Shown one piece after another: positions 36,135-47,364 of a DNA stretch of 64,000 nucleotides. Each line of letters begins with the position of its first letter. The stretch's first letter is position 1. The notes beneath the pieces were generated by a model. The model did not search any database. It was not told the DNA's origin and worked only from the letters and a program-made list of their open reading frames with translations. A program made the translations under genes and the position numbers. Origin of the DNA: Macrostomum hystrix (lineage: Eukaryota; Animalia; Platyhelminthes); the NCBI GenBank assembly GCA_950097015.1, contig CATNEN010000002.1, positions 8,122,001 to 8,186,000 on the forward strand, written 5' to 3'.

Positions 36135-36947
36135 GCCGAGGGCCAAGAGGCAGTGTGTTTAAGAATCTAGCCAGTCGATGGACCAGGAGGGAGCCCAGCC
36201 TGTGTGGCGTCCTTAGTAACCGGCCCCTGGAAACAGCATCCGGCATTCCAGCATAAGTCAACTAAGTGAATTAGTTTTATAACAGGCTATATTTGAATTC
36301 GTGCTAAAAATATGCTACGCGTATGCTTATAATATTCGACTTATGCGATTTGTTAAGATGAAAAGAAATATACCGTGTGTATGCTGAGTGTATTAGGAAT
36401 ATTGCTATAAATAGAGGCGGGAAGTGATAAAGACAGTAACCGTTTCGTGCCCATTATTAGAAACAGTTCAATTCTCCTCGTGAGCAATCTTACAAAAGCC
36501 TTACTTATTTCTAAAGTAAGTGGAAGCCGTTGAAACCGATCCGGGGAAGCCCGAGTACAGACTGGCCAGAGAGCCTGAATTACCTGACAAAACTTGTCTG
36601 AATCACCTGAGAGCATTGTCTCCAGATCTAACTAGATTTAATATCTAGAATATAACTGGCAGGAGGCCAGAAATATCGTGACAAAGAGCCACGCTACCCA
36701 AACTATCTGTAGTTTGCATAAGTCCACCCGAGCAGGGGTGTGGTATAATGTATATGTCACTCTAAAATGATTGACAGGCAATAAGTCAGAAGTTTAGGCC
36801 AATTACTTACAGTATGAGGAGAGTTTGAATTACTAGAAAAGTGCAATTGTAAAAGAAGCACTACTACAACTTGGTGGCAGCGGAAAAGGATCGGAAAAGC
36901 GGCGGAATCTTACTTAGAAATAAGCTATTCATAGTCAAATAGTCAAA

Positions 36948-38066
36948 ATGAATGCCAACGATGCAATCGCCATGCTAGCAGAAGAACTAAGAAACCGATT
37001 AGAGCTGGGACCGACGAGACATGTCAAAATTCAAAAATTTACGCCAAATCAGGAAATCAGAATTTGGCTGACAGCCTTTGACCAGCGCTGCGAAGCTGAA
37101 GGAATAGAGGAGGCACACAGGAAGCGCGAGCTCCTAGCCAACCTCGATCTCTCAACTGCGTTTGCCGCAGTGCAGCGTATGAACTTACCGGACGATCTAG
37201 ATTACGAAGAATTTAAAGAAAGACTAGTGGAACGTTTCGGAAGAACAGGAAGCTCCGCCGAATTTAGGGAAGAATTTAGAAGCCGTAGTCAAGGACGCAA
37301 CGAACCAGTGGAAAATTTCTCTGACGCTCTTATCGAACTAGCTACCAGAGCATTTCCGAATATGACCGCAGAACAGAGAGAAGAAGAAATAATAGAACAA
37401 TTTATTAAAGGAGTGAAAGTACCGGCTGAAACCAGAGAGAAGCTTATTTTTGCTGCACCAGCAACTCTACAAGATGCAAGGAGAATGCTGAGACGCATGG
37501 AAACAGCGTGGAACATGTCCCACAAAGGTGTTAGTATGAAGATGGCCAAGAGTGATGAAGCTGAACAAAAGAGACAGAGCAGGATTGAAGAAATATTGCT
37601 GAGGCAACAAGAAGAACTAGAACAACAAAAGAGAACCATGCAAGAACTCATGGTCAGTGTCCAGATGGCTACTCAGAACCTGCAGCAGCAGCAGAACTAT
37701 CAGCAGCAGCAGAACTATCCGCAGCAGCAGCAGCAGAACTATCAGCAGCAGAATTATCAGCAGCGGCAGAACTATCAGCAGCAGCAGAATTATCAGCAAC
37801 GGCAGAACTATCAGCAGCAGCAGAACTATCAGCCGAAACAGCAGCAGAACCATCAGCAACAGCAGAACTATCAGCGGCAGAACTATCAGCAGAGACAGCA
37901 GCCAAATACTCAAGCGCAACAGCAGCAGTCGCAGAACTATCAGCAGCAGCAACAGCAGCAGGATCGCCCGCCGCGAATCTGCTTCAATTGTGGCAATAAC
38001 GGACATGTGGCCAAATTCTGCCGAAGTTCTGGACCGGCTAATTCCAATCAGCAGCAGGGAAACTGA
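36948..38066 (+). CDS. gag: Gag with QQQQNY repeats and CCHC zinc knuckle
   Basis: CFNCGNNGHVAKFC; capsid-like N-terminal part. Confidence 0.9.
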   Translation: MNANDAIAMLAEELRNRLELGPTRHVKIQKFTPNQEIRIWLTAFDQRCEAEGIEEAHRKRELLANLDLSTAFAAVQRMNLPDDLDYEEFKERLVERFGRTGSSAEFREEFRSRSQGRNEPVENFSDALIELATRAFPNMTAEQREEEIIEQFIKGVKVPAETREKLIFAAPATLQDARRMLRRMETAWNMSHKGVSMKMAKSDEAEQKRQSRIEEILLRQQEELEQQKRTMQELMVSVQMATQNLQQQQNYQQQQNYPQQQQQNYQQQNYQQRQNYQQQQNYQQRQNYQQQQNYQPKQQQNHQQQQNYQRQNYQQRQQPNTQAQQQQSQNYQQQQQQQDRPPRICFNCGNNGHVAKFCRSSGPANSNQQQGN

Positions 38067-38100
38067 AGAGCGAGGATCGAGCAGAGAGGCCCCGATCCTC
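38057..38100 (+). promoter_or_regulatory. -1 ribosomal frameshift signal
   Basis: Slippery G GGA AAC (38057-38063), 8-nt spacer, 8-bp stem GAGGATCG/CGATCCTC; pol is in the -1 frame and open from here. Confidence 0.8.
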
Positions 38101-40954
38101 AGGAACAAATAAGTGCAAATTAAAAGCCTCTGAACCAGCAGTAGCAACGTCCGCACCCAAGATCGAGTCAACTAATATAGAGATTAAAGGTCGGGAAGCA
38201 ATATTACAAGGAGAAATTAGAGGAAAGTCGCTAAACTTTTTACTAGACACCGGTGCTGGACATAACTTTTTAAGTCGAAGCTCATGGAAGAACACGTTCC
38301 GCAAAGAAGAAATTTACAATTCAAATAGACGAGTAACAACTTTCGACGGTTCAGAAGTGGAGATTATTGGTGAAGTAACAACAGTATTAAACTTTGGCGA
38401 TATCAGTATCAGTACACTATTCCTGCTGTGTGACCACGAGAGTGACGATATCTTAGGAATGGAGTTTTTCTTGAAATATTGCAATAATATCAATTTTAGT
38501 CAAGGAATGGTGGTTTTAAAGAATGGAAGATGTCTGCCTATTCAATTTACTAAACTGCCTGTGCGAATATGCAGAGTATACAGCCAGGAGAAAATAACCG
38601 TGCCGGCTAGCAGCGCTCTGAAGATCCCAGTGCGATTAGCAACTAACTATGAAAGAAATTATGGAACGCCCATGACTGTAGAAGCAATCAACGATCAGAT
38701 TCAATTAAAAGAAGGATCAGTAGGAGTAACTCCTACGTTAGTTACTATGATCGATGGAACAGGAGTAGTGGAAGTTGTGAATAAACATAACTACGAAATC
38801 AATATACCGAAATCATCTTTAATTGGTTTAGCCAAGCCGCTGAAGTCAAAGAATTTGAATTATTATATTGAATGCGATAAAGAAACAGAACGAATCGGAA
38901 GCGTCAAAGAAGAATCAGATGAATGGATAAAGGAAATCCATTTAGGCAAAGAACTGTCCGACATCCAACAAGAACAGGTCAGACAATTAATCAAAGACAA
39001 TCGGAAGGCTTTTTCGCAGAATAGTCGAGAAATGGGTCTAACCCATTTAATAACTCATGAAATCGTGTTACAGGACACTACGCCAGTCAGGATACCGACA
39101 CGACGAATTCCGCCACACCTTCAAAAGCAGGTCGATGAGCAGTTAGATGACATGTTGGCAAAGAACTTAATCCGACCTTGCTACAGTACCTATTCAACAC
39201 CGTTGGTAATTGTGCCAAAGAAAGACGGGACGCTCCGGATAGTGAGTGATTTTCGTGTACTGAATTCACGAGTACACTATTATCCCTATCCGTTGCCTAA
39301 CATCCAAGAAACGTTTTCTCATCTGACGGGCAGTCAGTTCTTCAGCAGCCTTGACCTGAATTCGGGTTATTGGCAAGTGCCGATCAAGGAAGAACACAAA
39401 CATATGACTGCGTTCTCCACGCTGACCCGAGGTCAATTTGAATACCAAGTGATGGCGCAAGGGCTGTCCAATGCCCCTGGCACCTTTCAAAGATTGATGA
39501 ATACAGTGCTAGAAGGGATCCAGCATCGGTATGCCATGTCCTATATAGATGACATCATCACCTATTCAAAAAGATTTGAAGAACATCTACAGCATTTAGC
39601 CGAAGTTTTCAAAAGAATCATTTCTGCCGGGCTCAAACTAAGGCCCAAGAAATGTTTTCTGTTTCAGCAAGAATTGCAGTATTTAGGTCATGTCATCGGA
39701 AAGTATGGAATTAGAACTGACCCTGCTAAGATCGAAGCAATTGCATCATGGCCAACGCCGCGGGATGTGAAAGAACTGCGAAGCTTCTTAGGCCTGTGTA
39801 ATTATTATTGTAGGTTCGTAAAAAATTATGCAGAGGCAGCGCATCCACTTTTCCAACTGACAAAGAAGAACATTCAGAACTTTAAAGAGAAATGGAACAG
39901 TAGTCATGATGCGGCATTTCAGCTACTGAAGCAAAGAATGACTTCCACTGAAGTGCTCGCTTATCCGGAAATCACTGATAATGAAAATGTGAGTATGGTG
40001 CTAGACACTGACGCCAGCGACGATAGAATCGGCGCTTGCCTGGGTCAGATCCAGGCGGATGGCGTAGAAAGGCCCATCGCTTATTTTAGCCGCGCGATGA
40101 AGGAGTCGGAGAAACGTTATCCGATTACCAAAAAAGAGTTGCTCGCCTTGGTCGATGGGATGAAGCATTTTCGCTTCTACCTGATTGGCAAGAAATTCTT
40201 AGCCAGAACGGACCACAAAGCAATTCTATGGCTTTTGAGACAGACGGAGGCACAGGGCATCCTAGGCAGATGGATAGAGAGGCTTAGTGAGTTCCAATTC
40301 GATATTGAGCATCGAAGTGGAGCCAAGCACTCTAATGCTGATGGATTGTCCAGAAGGCCGTCAGAAGCAATCAAAACAGAAGAAGTAAATAGAATCTCAA
40401 CCAGACAGTTGCCACGTGTCCAAGAGAAAGGATGCCAGACTGTAAGGAATGAGAAGAGAAAAAGAAAGACCAGGTCAAAACGAAAGTCTGCATTAACAAG
40501 CCAGCGCTTGTTTCAAGACAAACAAGGACCAAAACTGTTATTATATCGAATTAATGTCACTGCTGTTCCGAATTCAATGAGAATTATTGAAGAAATTGTG
40601 AAGAAAAATGGCGCTCCTAAAGCAAAGGCCAAGCCCGCAGAGCAAGGCATTAAGAGGAGGCAGCCAGAGCGCAAAAAGCCGCCAGACAAATCGCCGGACG
40701 TGTCAAATAGTGAGTTAAGCTCTGAAGAAAGAATTAGATGGTCTGCCCGTGGCAGGGAAAGTTTTGACCCGCACGAGGAAAATGAATCGCCAGAGAGCGA
40801 TACCAGTGAAAGCTCGGAGGAAAATGAAGAAATCCCCGAGGACTTAGCAGCTCAATCTGCCTATAATCTCAGGCCACGCCTGACCCCACGCATCACGCAG
40901 ACATGCGGTGATCTCGTGCCAAAGCTTAAGCGTGCTCGCTTTCAAAAACAATAG
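38057..40954 (+). CDS. pol: Pol: protease-RT-RNase H, no integrase core
   Basis: LLDTGA, YIDDII, TDASD, TDHKA, HSNADGLSR; then a basic/acidic tail ending YNLRPR, with no HHCC or DDE motif. Confidence 0.9.
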   Translation, partial: GKLKSEDRAERPRSSGTNKCKLKASEPAVATSAPKIESTNIEIKGREAILQGEIRGKSLNFLLDTGAGHNFLSRSSWKNTFRKEEIYNSNRRVTTFDGSEVEIIGEVTTVLNFGDISISTLFLLCDHESDDILGMEFFLKYCNNINFSQGMVVLKNGRCLPIQFTKLPVRICRVYSQEKITVPASSALKIPVRLATNYERNYGTPMTVEAINDQIQLKEGSVGVTPTLVTMIDGTGVVEVVNKHNYEINIPKSSLIGLAKPLKSKNLNYYIECDKETERIGSVKEESDEWIKEIHLGKELSDIQQEQVRQLIKDNRKAFSQNSREMGLTHLITHEIVLQDTTPVRIPTRRIPPHLQKQVDEQLDDMLAKNLIRPCYSTYSTPLVIVPKKDGTLRIVSDFRVLNSRVHYYPYPLPNIQETFSHLTGSQFFSSLDLNSGYWQVPIKEEHKHMTAFSTLTRGQFEYQVMAQGLSNAPGTFQRLMNTVLEGIQHRYAMSYIDDIITYSKRFEEHLQHLAEVFKRIISAGLKLRPKKCFLFQQELQYLGHVIGKYGIRTDPAKIEAIASWPTPRDVKELRSFLGLCNYYCRFVKNYAEAAHPLFQLTKKNIQNFKEKWNSSHDAAFQLLKQRMTSTEVLAYPEITDNENVSMVLDTDASDDRIGACLGQIQADGVERPIAYFSRAMKESEKRYPITKKELLALVDGMKHFRFYLIGKKFLARTDHKAILWLLRQTEAQGILGRWIERLSEFQFDIEHRSGAKHSNADGLSRRPSEAIKTEEVNRISTRQLPRVQEKGCQTVRNEKRKRKTRSKRKSALTSQRLFQDKQGPKLLLYRINVTAVPNSMRIIEEIVKKNGAPKAKAKPAEQGIKRRQPERKKPPDKSPDVSNSELSSEERIRWSARGRESFDPHEENESPESDTSESSEENEEIPEDLAAQSAYNLRPRLTPRITQTCGDLVPKLKRARFQKQ

Positions 40955-41307
40955 GCGAACGCCCACCACCCCAGGCCAGTAAGCCAATGGGTGATGATAT
41001 TGCTCACATATTCTCCGTGTATTATTGTGTAATCTGGCGATACCTATATCGCTAATATATCCTGCGTGTATCAAATTTGTATTGTTGTGTAATTCCTACG
41101 ATAAGACTGCGTCACGAAAATATTTTAAATACTCTCCGCATATTATTTGGTATATTTTGTATACACCTCGATATCCTCATTGTAAACAAAATCTCGGCAT
41201 CCTATTGGTCAGGCACTCGCCCATTTTGTGACTATATAAAGGGCCACCTCGGAACAAGGGTTGCGCTAGCTAAGTGCTCTACTGAGACATACAGCCAACT
41301 CGCCATA

Positions 41308-42186
41308 ATGGCCGAAAATACCTCACTGAGTGATTTCTTACAAGAACTCATTGACTGTAATGAAGTTCAAAATGAATTCACAGGAGTGAGTGTGGAAGTC
41401 CTGCCAGCAGGCAGCGAAACTGAGCCGCCAATAGGCGAATGCAATGTGGTTGACACCACGCCACGCAACGAATTGGCCGCTCCACTGCGGCAGGCCACGC
41501 GGCCGAAACCACCTGCCTATATGGGCACGGCTGTCAAGCGGATGAGAACCTCAAGCCCGCGGCTGGAACCAGAGAATCGGCCACGAGGATCGCCGCAAAG
41601 CCGAGTCTCTAGGCTGCCAATATCTACAGCCGAGATTCGTAGACCTACAGTGCTATTGCAGCAGCCACCTGCGCATAGACCATCACAGAAGACAAAGGTG
41701 GTGCAACAACCAAAGCCGCAATCAACAGTGTACAGACCACCGCCACGGCAGCCGCTGGCTCCACGGCCTCAGAAGTCATCTACGCCGGAGGATAATTGGC
41801 CACCGCGGTCTGCAGCAGCACACGCCCGGGCCGATCGGCCGGCTGCGTCAAGGATTCCACCACCCAGAATCGGGACCCGCGAAGAGCGAGTGGCCAAAGC
41901 GCAGCACAAGCTAACGCAATATCTGCTAAAAATTGTGTTCCTGCGCCATGACCAAGCACTGCCGCAGAGGGCGCACATATGGCCGTCGATTCGCTCCCTA
42001 CGCAGTGCGACGGACACGGCCGGGGCCATTACGGCCATGGAGACGGTCGCTGACAGGATACGGCGAGCTCTAAATGCAGGCGACAGGCAGGCCTTCAAGA
42101 CCCTACTAAACATCGAGGTACGCTGGATCCTTATCCAGCTAGGCTGGATACATTACGAGGAACCACCACCGCAATTTGAGTTCTAG
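41308..42186 (+). CDS. Retroelement ORF3 of unknown function (292 aa from ATG 41308)
   Basis: Acidic N-terminus, Pro/Arg-rich middle, helical-looking C-terminus; ATTGG at 41204 and TATATAAA at 41233-41240 upstream. Confidence 0.7.
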   Translation: MAENTSLSDFLQELIDCNEVQNEFTGVSVEVLPAGSETEPPIGECNVVDTTPRNELAAPLRQATRPKPPAYMGTAVKRMRTSSPRLEPENRPRGSPQSRVSRLPISTAEIRRPTVLLQQPPAHRPSQKTKVVQQPKPQSTVYRPPPRQPLAPRPQKSSTPEDNWPPRSAAAHARADRPAASRIPPPRIGTREERVAKAQHKLTQYLLKIVFLRHDQALPQRAHIWPSIRSLRSATDTAGAITAMETVADRIRRALNAGDRQAFKTLLNIEVRWILIQLGWIHYEEPPPQFEF

Positions 42187-44295
42187 AGGGATTGACTAAG
42201 TGTTTTATCAATTCTTTATGGACATTTATTTTGTGTATCTGCAAAGTGTTAATCCTTAGCTAACATCTTTCTGAAACTTTTGCTACGTATTTTGCTTTCT
42301 TTGTGTATGTTTTATGAAACTTTGTGTATTTTTACTTATCTTCACTATACTTGGTATCTACGAATGTTAACTCTTTATTTTGCTAACATCTTTTGCTACG
42401 GACTTTTGCTAATAATACTTCACTTAATTATTCAGTATTATTATTAAGAGGAGGCAGTTATAACAGGCTATATTTGAATTCGTGCTAAAAATATGCTACG
42501 CGTATGCTTATAATATTCGACTTATGCGATTTGTTAAGATGAAAAGAAATATACCGTGTGTATGCTGAGTGTATTAGGAATATTGCTATAAATAGAGGCG
42601 GGAAGTGATAAAGACAGTAACCGTTTCGTGCCCATTATTAGAAACAGTTCAATTCTCCTCGTGAGCAATCTTACAAAAGCCTTACTTATTTCTAAAGTAA
42701 GTGGAAGCCGTTGAAACCGATCCGGGGAAGCCCGAGTACAGACTGGCCAGAGAGCCTGAATTACCTGACAAAACTTGTCTGAATCACCTGAGAGCATTGT
42801 CTCCAGATCTAACTAGATTTAATATCTAGAATATAACTGGCAGGAGGCCAGAAATATCGTGACAAAGAGCCACGCTACCCAAACTATCTGTAGTTTGCAT
42901 AAGTCCACCCGAGCAGGGGTGTGGTATAATGTATATGTCACTCTAAAATGATTGACAGGCAATAAGTCAGAAGTTTAGGCCAATTACTTACAGTATGAGG
43001 AGAGTTTGAATTACTAGAAAAGTGCAATTGTAAAAGAAGCACTACTACAGTTTCATTGTTTTGTTATTTAGTTGTCATGGACTGATTGTCCCCAAACTGA
43101 GAATTTGGGATTGTCACCAAACTGAGGATCTGGGATTGTCCCAAACTTAGGATCTGGGATTGTCACCAAACTGAGGGTCTGGGATAATTGTCTTTATACT
43201 AAGTTTTAAATTTTTATATATTGTTGTATCATCTGGCGGCTTTTCCTTTTGCGACAATACGCATTTATTATGGACCAGGAGGGAGCCCAGCCTGTGTGGC
43301 GTCCTAAGAAATCCAGGGCTTGGACTTTGAAATTGCCAGAAGTCAAAGTTCTACTTTTTTGGTCTAAGAAATCCAGGGCTTGCACTTTAAAATTTCGAGT
43401 TCTCAAGTTCCCAACCATTTTGCTGATGATTTCGAGCGTGTTCGTTTGCGCATATGAATCTCATTTTCTTTCTGCTCATTATTTTGCTTCATTATTTTTC
43501 GTCAGAATAAAGAAAGAAGTGCTGTGCAAATCTATTAGTAAATCGATTAGTCTCATTCGGACTACTTATCTTTATCTTATTATTTATTTATCTATTTATT
43601 TATTTATTTATTTATTTTCTTATCTTTATGATCAATCTGGTGACACAGCCTACACAACTTGTACGCATCTTCATTTTTATTTGCAACTCAATGCACCACC
43701 CACAAAATGCAATAATTTATATCCAATAAATCTAATAGAGTTCAATAAATGTGACATATCCAATAAACACTCGCAAACGATAGTGATTTATCGTGCACAA
43801 AACATATGTACAGTAGTCTTGTCTTTCTATTCATTTTTACTTTCCTTGAAGAACTGTACAATGTGACAAATCCAGTAAACACTCGCAAACGATGTCGTTT
43901 GAAATTGCGGAAAGTCAAAGTTCAACTTTTGTAGGGCTTGCATCCAGGGGTTCAGGGGAATCCAGGGCTTGCACTTTAAAATTGCGAGAAGTCAAAGTTT
44001 AATTAAGTTTAACTGACCAAGTCGCATGACCAGACTTACCTAGGCCCCTGAGCGCGATAAGCGACCATTGTACTCCGCCTAAACTATCATAGTACAAGCC
44101 AGTACAGGCACTGTACGAAGCTCATACGCGGGTGCGAGTTCCGCAGTCTTGGATCAAGTCGCCAGTACTTCATGAATGCACAGTTGCTCTTATGACCAAG
44201 TCGCATGACCAGACTCACCTAGTACATAGTACAAGAAATCCAAGGCTTGCACTTTGAATTGCAAGAAATCAAAGTTCCACTTTTCAAGTCTAATA

Positions 44296-44910
44296 AGCGC
44301 CAGTGGGGCCAATTTTAAGCGCCAGTCGGGTCAATGGTGGCCAATTGTTGCCGCCAGTGGGGTCAATTGTAACCGCTAGTGGGGTCAATTGTAACCGCTA
44401 GTGGGGACGGCCAATTGTAAGCGCCAGTGGGGTCAATTGTAACCGCTAGTGGGGACGGCCAATTGTAAGCGCCAGTGGGGTCAATTGTAACCGCTAGTGG
44501 GGCCAATTGTAAGCGCCAGTGGGGTCAATTGTGGCCAATTGTTACCGCCAGTGGGGTCAATTGTAAGCTACCAAAGGACTCCAATACTGGAGTTTCTACT
44601 AATGCGCCTCAACTATTGCAGTTTTGACTAATTAGAATCCAATACTGGAGTTTCCACTGTAAAGCCTCCACTGTATTTGGGTTTCTACTGTATGGACTCC
44701 ACTATCGGAGTTTCTACTTATAGGACACCAATACTGGAGTGTCTACACACAAGAATCCAATACTGGAGTTTCTACTGTTGAGCCTCCACTATTGCAGTTT
44801 TTACTAATTAGAATCCAATATTGGAGTTCCTACCAAAGGACTCCAATACTGAAGTTTTTACACATTGGACTCAAAAGAGTTTCTACTAATGCGCCTCCAC
44901 TATCGGAGTT
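44296..44910. repeat. 22-bp satellite fragment followed by CCAATACTGGAGTTTCTACT-type repeats
   Basis: Same 22-mer as 30260-31550; the second motif also occurs inverted near 6085-6160 and 21715-21765. Confidence 0.85.
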
Positions 44911-45649
44911 TCTTCTGTATGGACTCCAGTATTTGATCGGTCGTCCAGTTTAGCTCTCAGTGCAATGCTGAACTGCTCAGCGGCTCGAGTAGTTTTGATT
45001 AGTTGTAAGTTGCGGGAGCACCTGACTACTTGCAGAATCTTTACCGGGAGCAGCTTGGTCAGTCCTGAATTTGAGAAGTGGACCTGGATTACAAGTTGCA
45101 TCGGCAATTTGGCACTTTCCAGAGTGGCTTTCACGCTTATGCGAACAACATGTTCTTATAGATTTCGGCAGCCAGAGTCGAATGGCGCCAGTCCCAGCGC
45201 GCCAGAATGTTGTCCAGAAAAGTTATTTGCAATTTTTGCTGTTGCAAAATCGTTAGTGTTTCTTTGTTTCTAGTGTTAAGCCTAAGTTAAGTTTCTACTG
45301 TATGGACTCCACTATCGGAGTTTCTACTTAAAAGTAGGCCGACGCGGGCCGCTTCGGCGCGTTGCGGTCCTTGCGCGGACCGCGGTATAGTTTAATTTAT
45401 ATTTAACATAAACTTCTCTCGCGCTGCACATTAACAATGTTTAGCAGCTTGGTCAGCAAATAAAGGAAGACAAAAAAGACCCGGGATTTTTAGCTTTATG
45501 CTACAAGACCGGTCACATTTCAGTTTTTACTGTCACTATTGAACGAAATAAACGTGAATTAGCCTAACATATAAACAACTCTAATACAGGCTGTAATTAA
45601 CAGATGTACAATTCTTAATTAATTTTTAATTCTTAATTTTGTGATTTAG

Positions 45650-46130
45650 CAATCTGCCAAACAGATGCCAGACAAATGCCAGAGAGATGCAAATGCCAGA
45701 CACAATGCCAAACAGATGTTAGACTGATGCCAGACACTATGCCAGTGCCAGACACCATGACAAACATATGCCAGACAAACGCCAGACGGATGCTAATGCT
45801 AGACACTATGCCAAACTGATGCCAGACAGATGCCAGACACTATGCCAATGCCAAACTGATGCCAGACACATGCCAAACACTATGCTAATGCCGAACTGAT
45901 GCCAGACAGATGCCAGACACTATGCCAATGCCAAACTGATGCCAGACACATGCCAAACACTATGCTAATGCCGAACAGACGCCAGACGGATGCCAATGCC
46001 AGACACAATGCCAAACTGATGCCAGACACATGCCAGAGAGATGCTAATGCTAAACACTATGCCAAACATATGCCAGACATGGTGTCTGGCATTGGCATGT
46101 GTCTGGCGTCTGTCTGGCATTTTTTTTGGC
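45650..46130. repeat. ATGCCAGAC-type minisatellite that flips orientation at ~46080
   Basis: ATGCCAGACA-tgg-TGTCTGGCAT junction. Confidence 0.85.
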
Positions 46131-47364
46131 ATAATCAGACTAGCTCAAGCTCATCTCTACTAAAACAAATCTGCAATGAAGAACCCAAACGTGCGAACAT
46201 TATCTGGCTAGTGAGCTGAAAGGAAAGCTTAAATGCTACCGACATTCAGCCAGGCTGATTAGAACAGGCATGAGAGCAGTAATAGTAACATTAACTGTTC
46301 GCACAATTTCGCACTGTGACAAATTCAATAAACACTCGCAAACGATGTTGCTTTATCTTGGCATTGGCATATGTCTGGCATATACATTAGCGAGATCGGT
46401 CTTTTTAATCTTTTAAATCACAGAGCGATAGTCTATGGGCCAAACCGCACCAACAGTGAAGTGTTACAATTTAACCCATGCGATTCACACCTATATGCGC
46501 TTATAAAAAAAAAACAAAAAATATCCTGCACTCCTCTGCAATCCGACCTGCCGCCTCCTTCGCCGTGTCTGCTGAAGATCTGCCAGTGCCATTCTGCTCG
46601 ACGCCGGCCACTCTACATTCTTTCGCTACCTGACACTGGGATCGATTGCGCCTCCGTGACTGCCATCTGATTTCATTTCTCTTCTTTATCCGTATTTCTT
46701 CGTCTGACTTTTCCCTCATTGTCTCTCCAATATGGACGCTTCACTTATTACCATCACCCTCGCAACACTCTGGCTTGATCTCTCCCTCCCTAATTTTCCT
46801 GAACAATTTAGTTGTCTCCTAAGTGAGCTCGGGTGGGGTCCTATTCTAGCTTGCCTCACTAATAATCCTTCTGGGGCAGCTACTCTTACTCTCCCCTCTT
46901 GTCCTTCACAAGAGGACTGGCGCCTCTAGACTCAGGGCGTCAATCTCTAGTCGAGAAATATCATTTCCAACATTGCCCGCCAATGACTGAAATTTCGATT
47001 TGGTCAATTTTCGAATAAGTATTGCTCTTTGACAAGTTAGGTAGCCGCTCAGAGCCCAAGTTGGCACCCAATAGACAATCTCGGTGGACTCAACCGGAAT
47101 CTATAGAGCATCGCCAGGCCTTTCGAACGACACCAAAATCAGTTCCCGGGGACCTCGGGAACTGTCTCGAATCGGCCCGAGAAGGATGTAGGAAGCATTG
47201 ACTTTATGGAAAGTCAAGGACATTGACTGATAACAAGTCAAACTCATGAAATTCTAAAAATAGCCACAACTTTCTGTCCCGACCATCTAGAGGTGCCGGA
47301 CTGGCGCCTCTAGACTCAGGGCGTCAATCTCTAGTCGAGAAATGTCATTTCCAACATTGCCCGC

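Larger units (their letters stand above)
36278..43049 (+). mobile_element. Ty3/Gypsy LTR retrotransposon lacking integrase, with a third ORF
   Basis: 591-bp LTRs 36278-36868 and 42459-43049 (no difference seen by eye; TA..CA ends), 4-bp TSD GTTT, PBS TGGTGGCAGCGG (tRNA-Leu type) at 36872, PPT AAGAGGAGGCAG. Confidence 0.93.

Noticed and set aside
41077-42186. env gene for Gypsy ORF3, and the upstream start at 41077
   Set aside because: No signal peptide, furin site or transmembrane anchor; ATG 41308 after the TATA box is the more plausible start.
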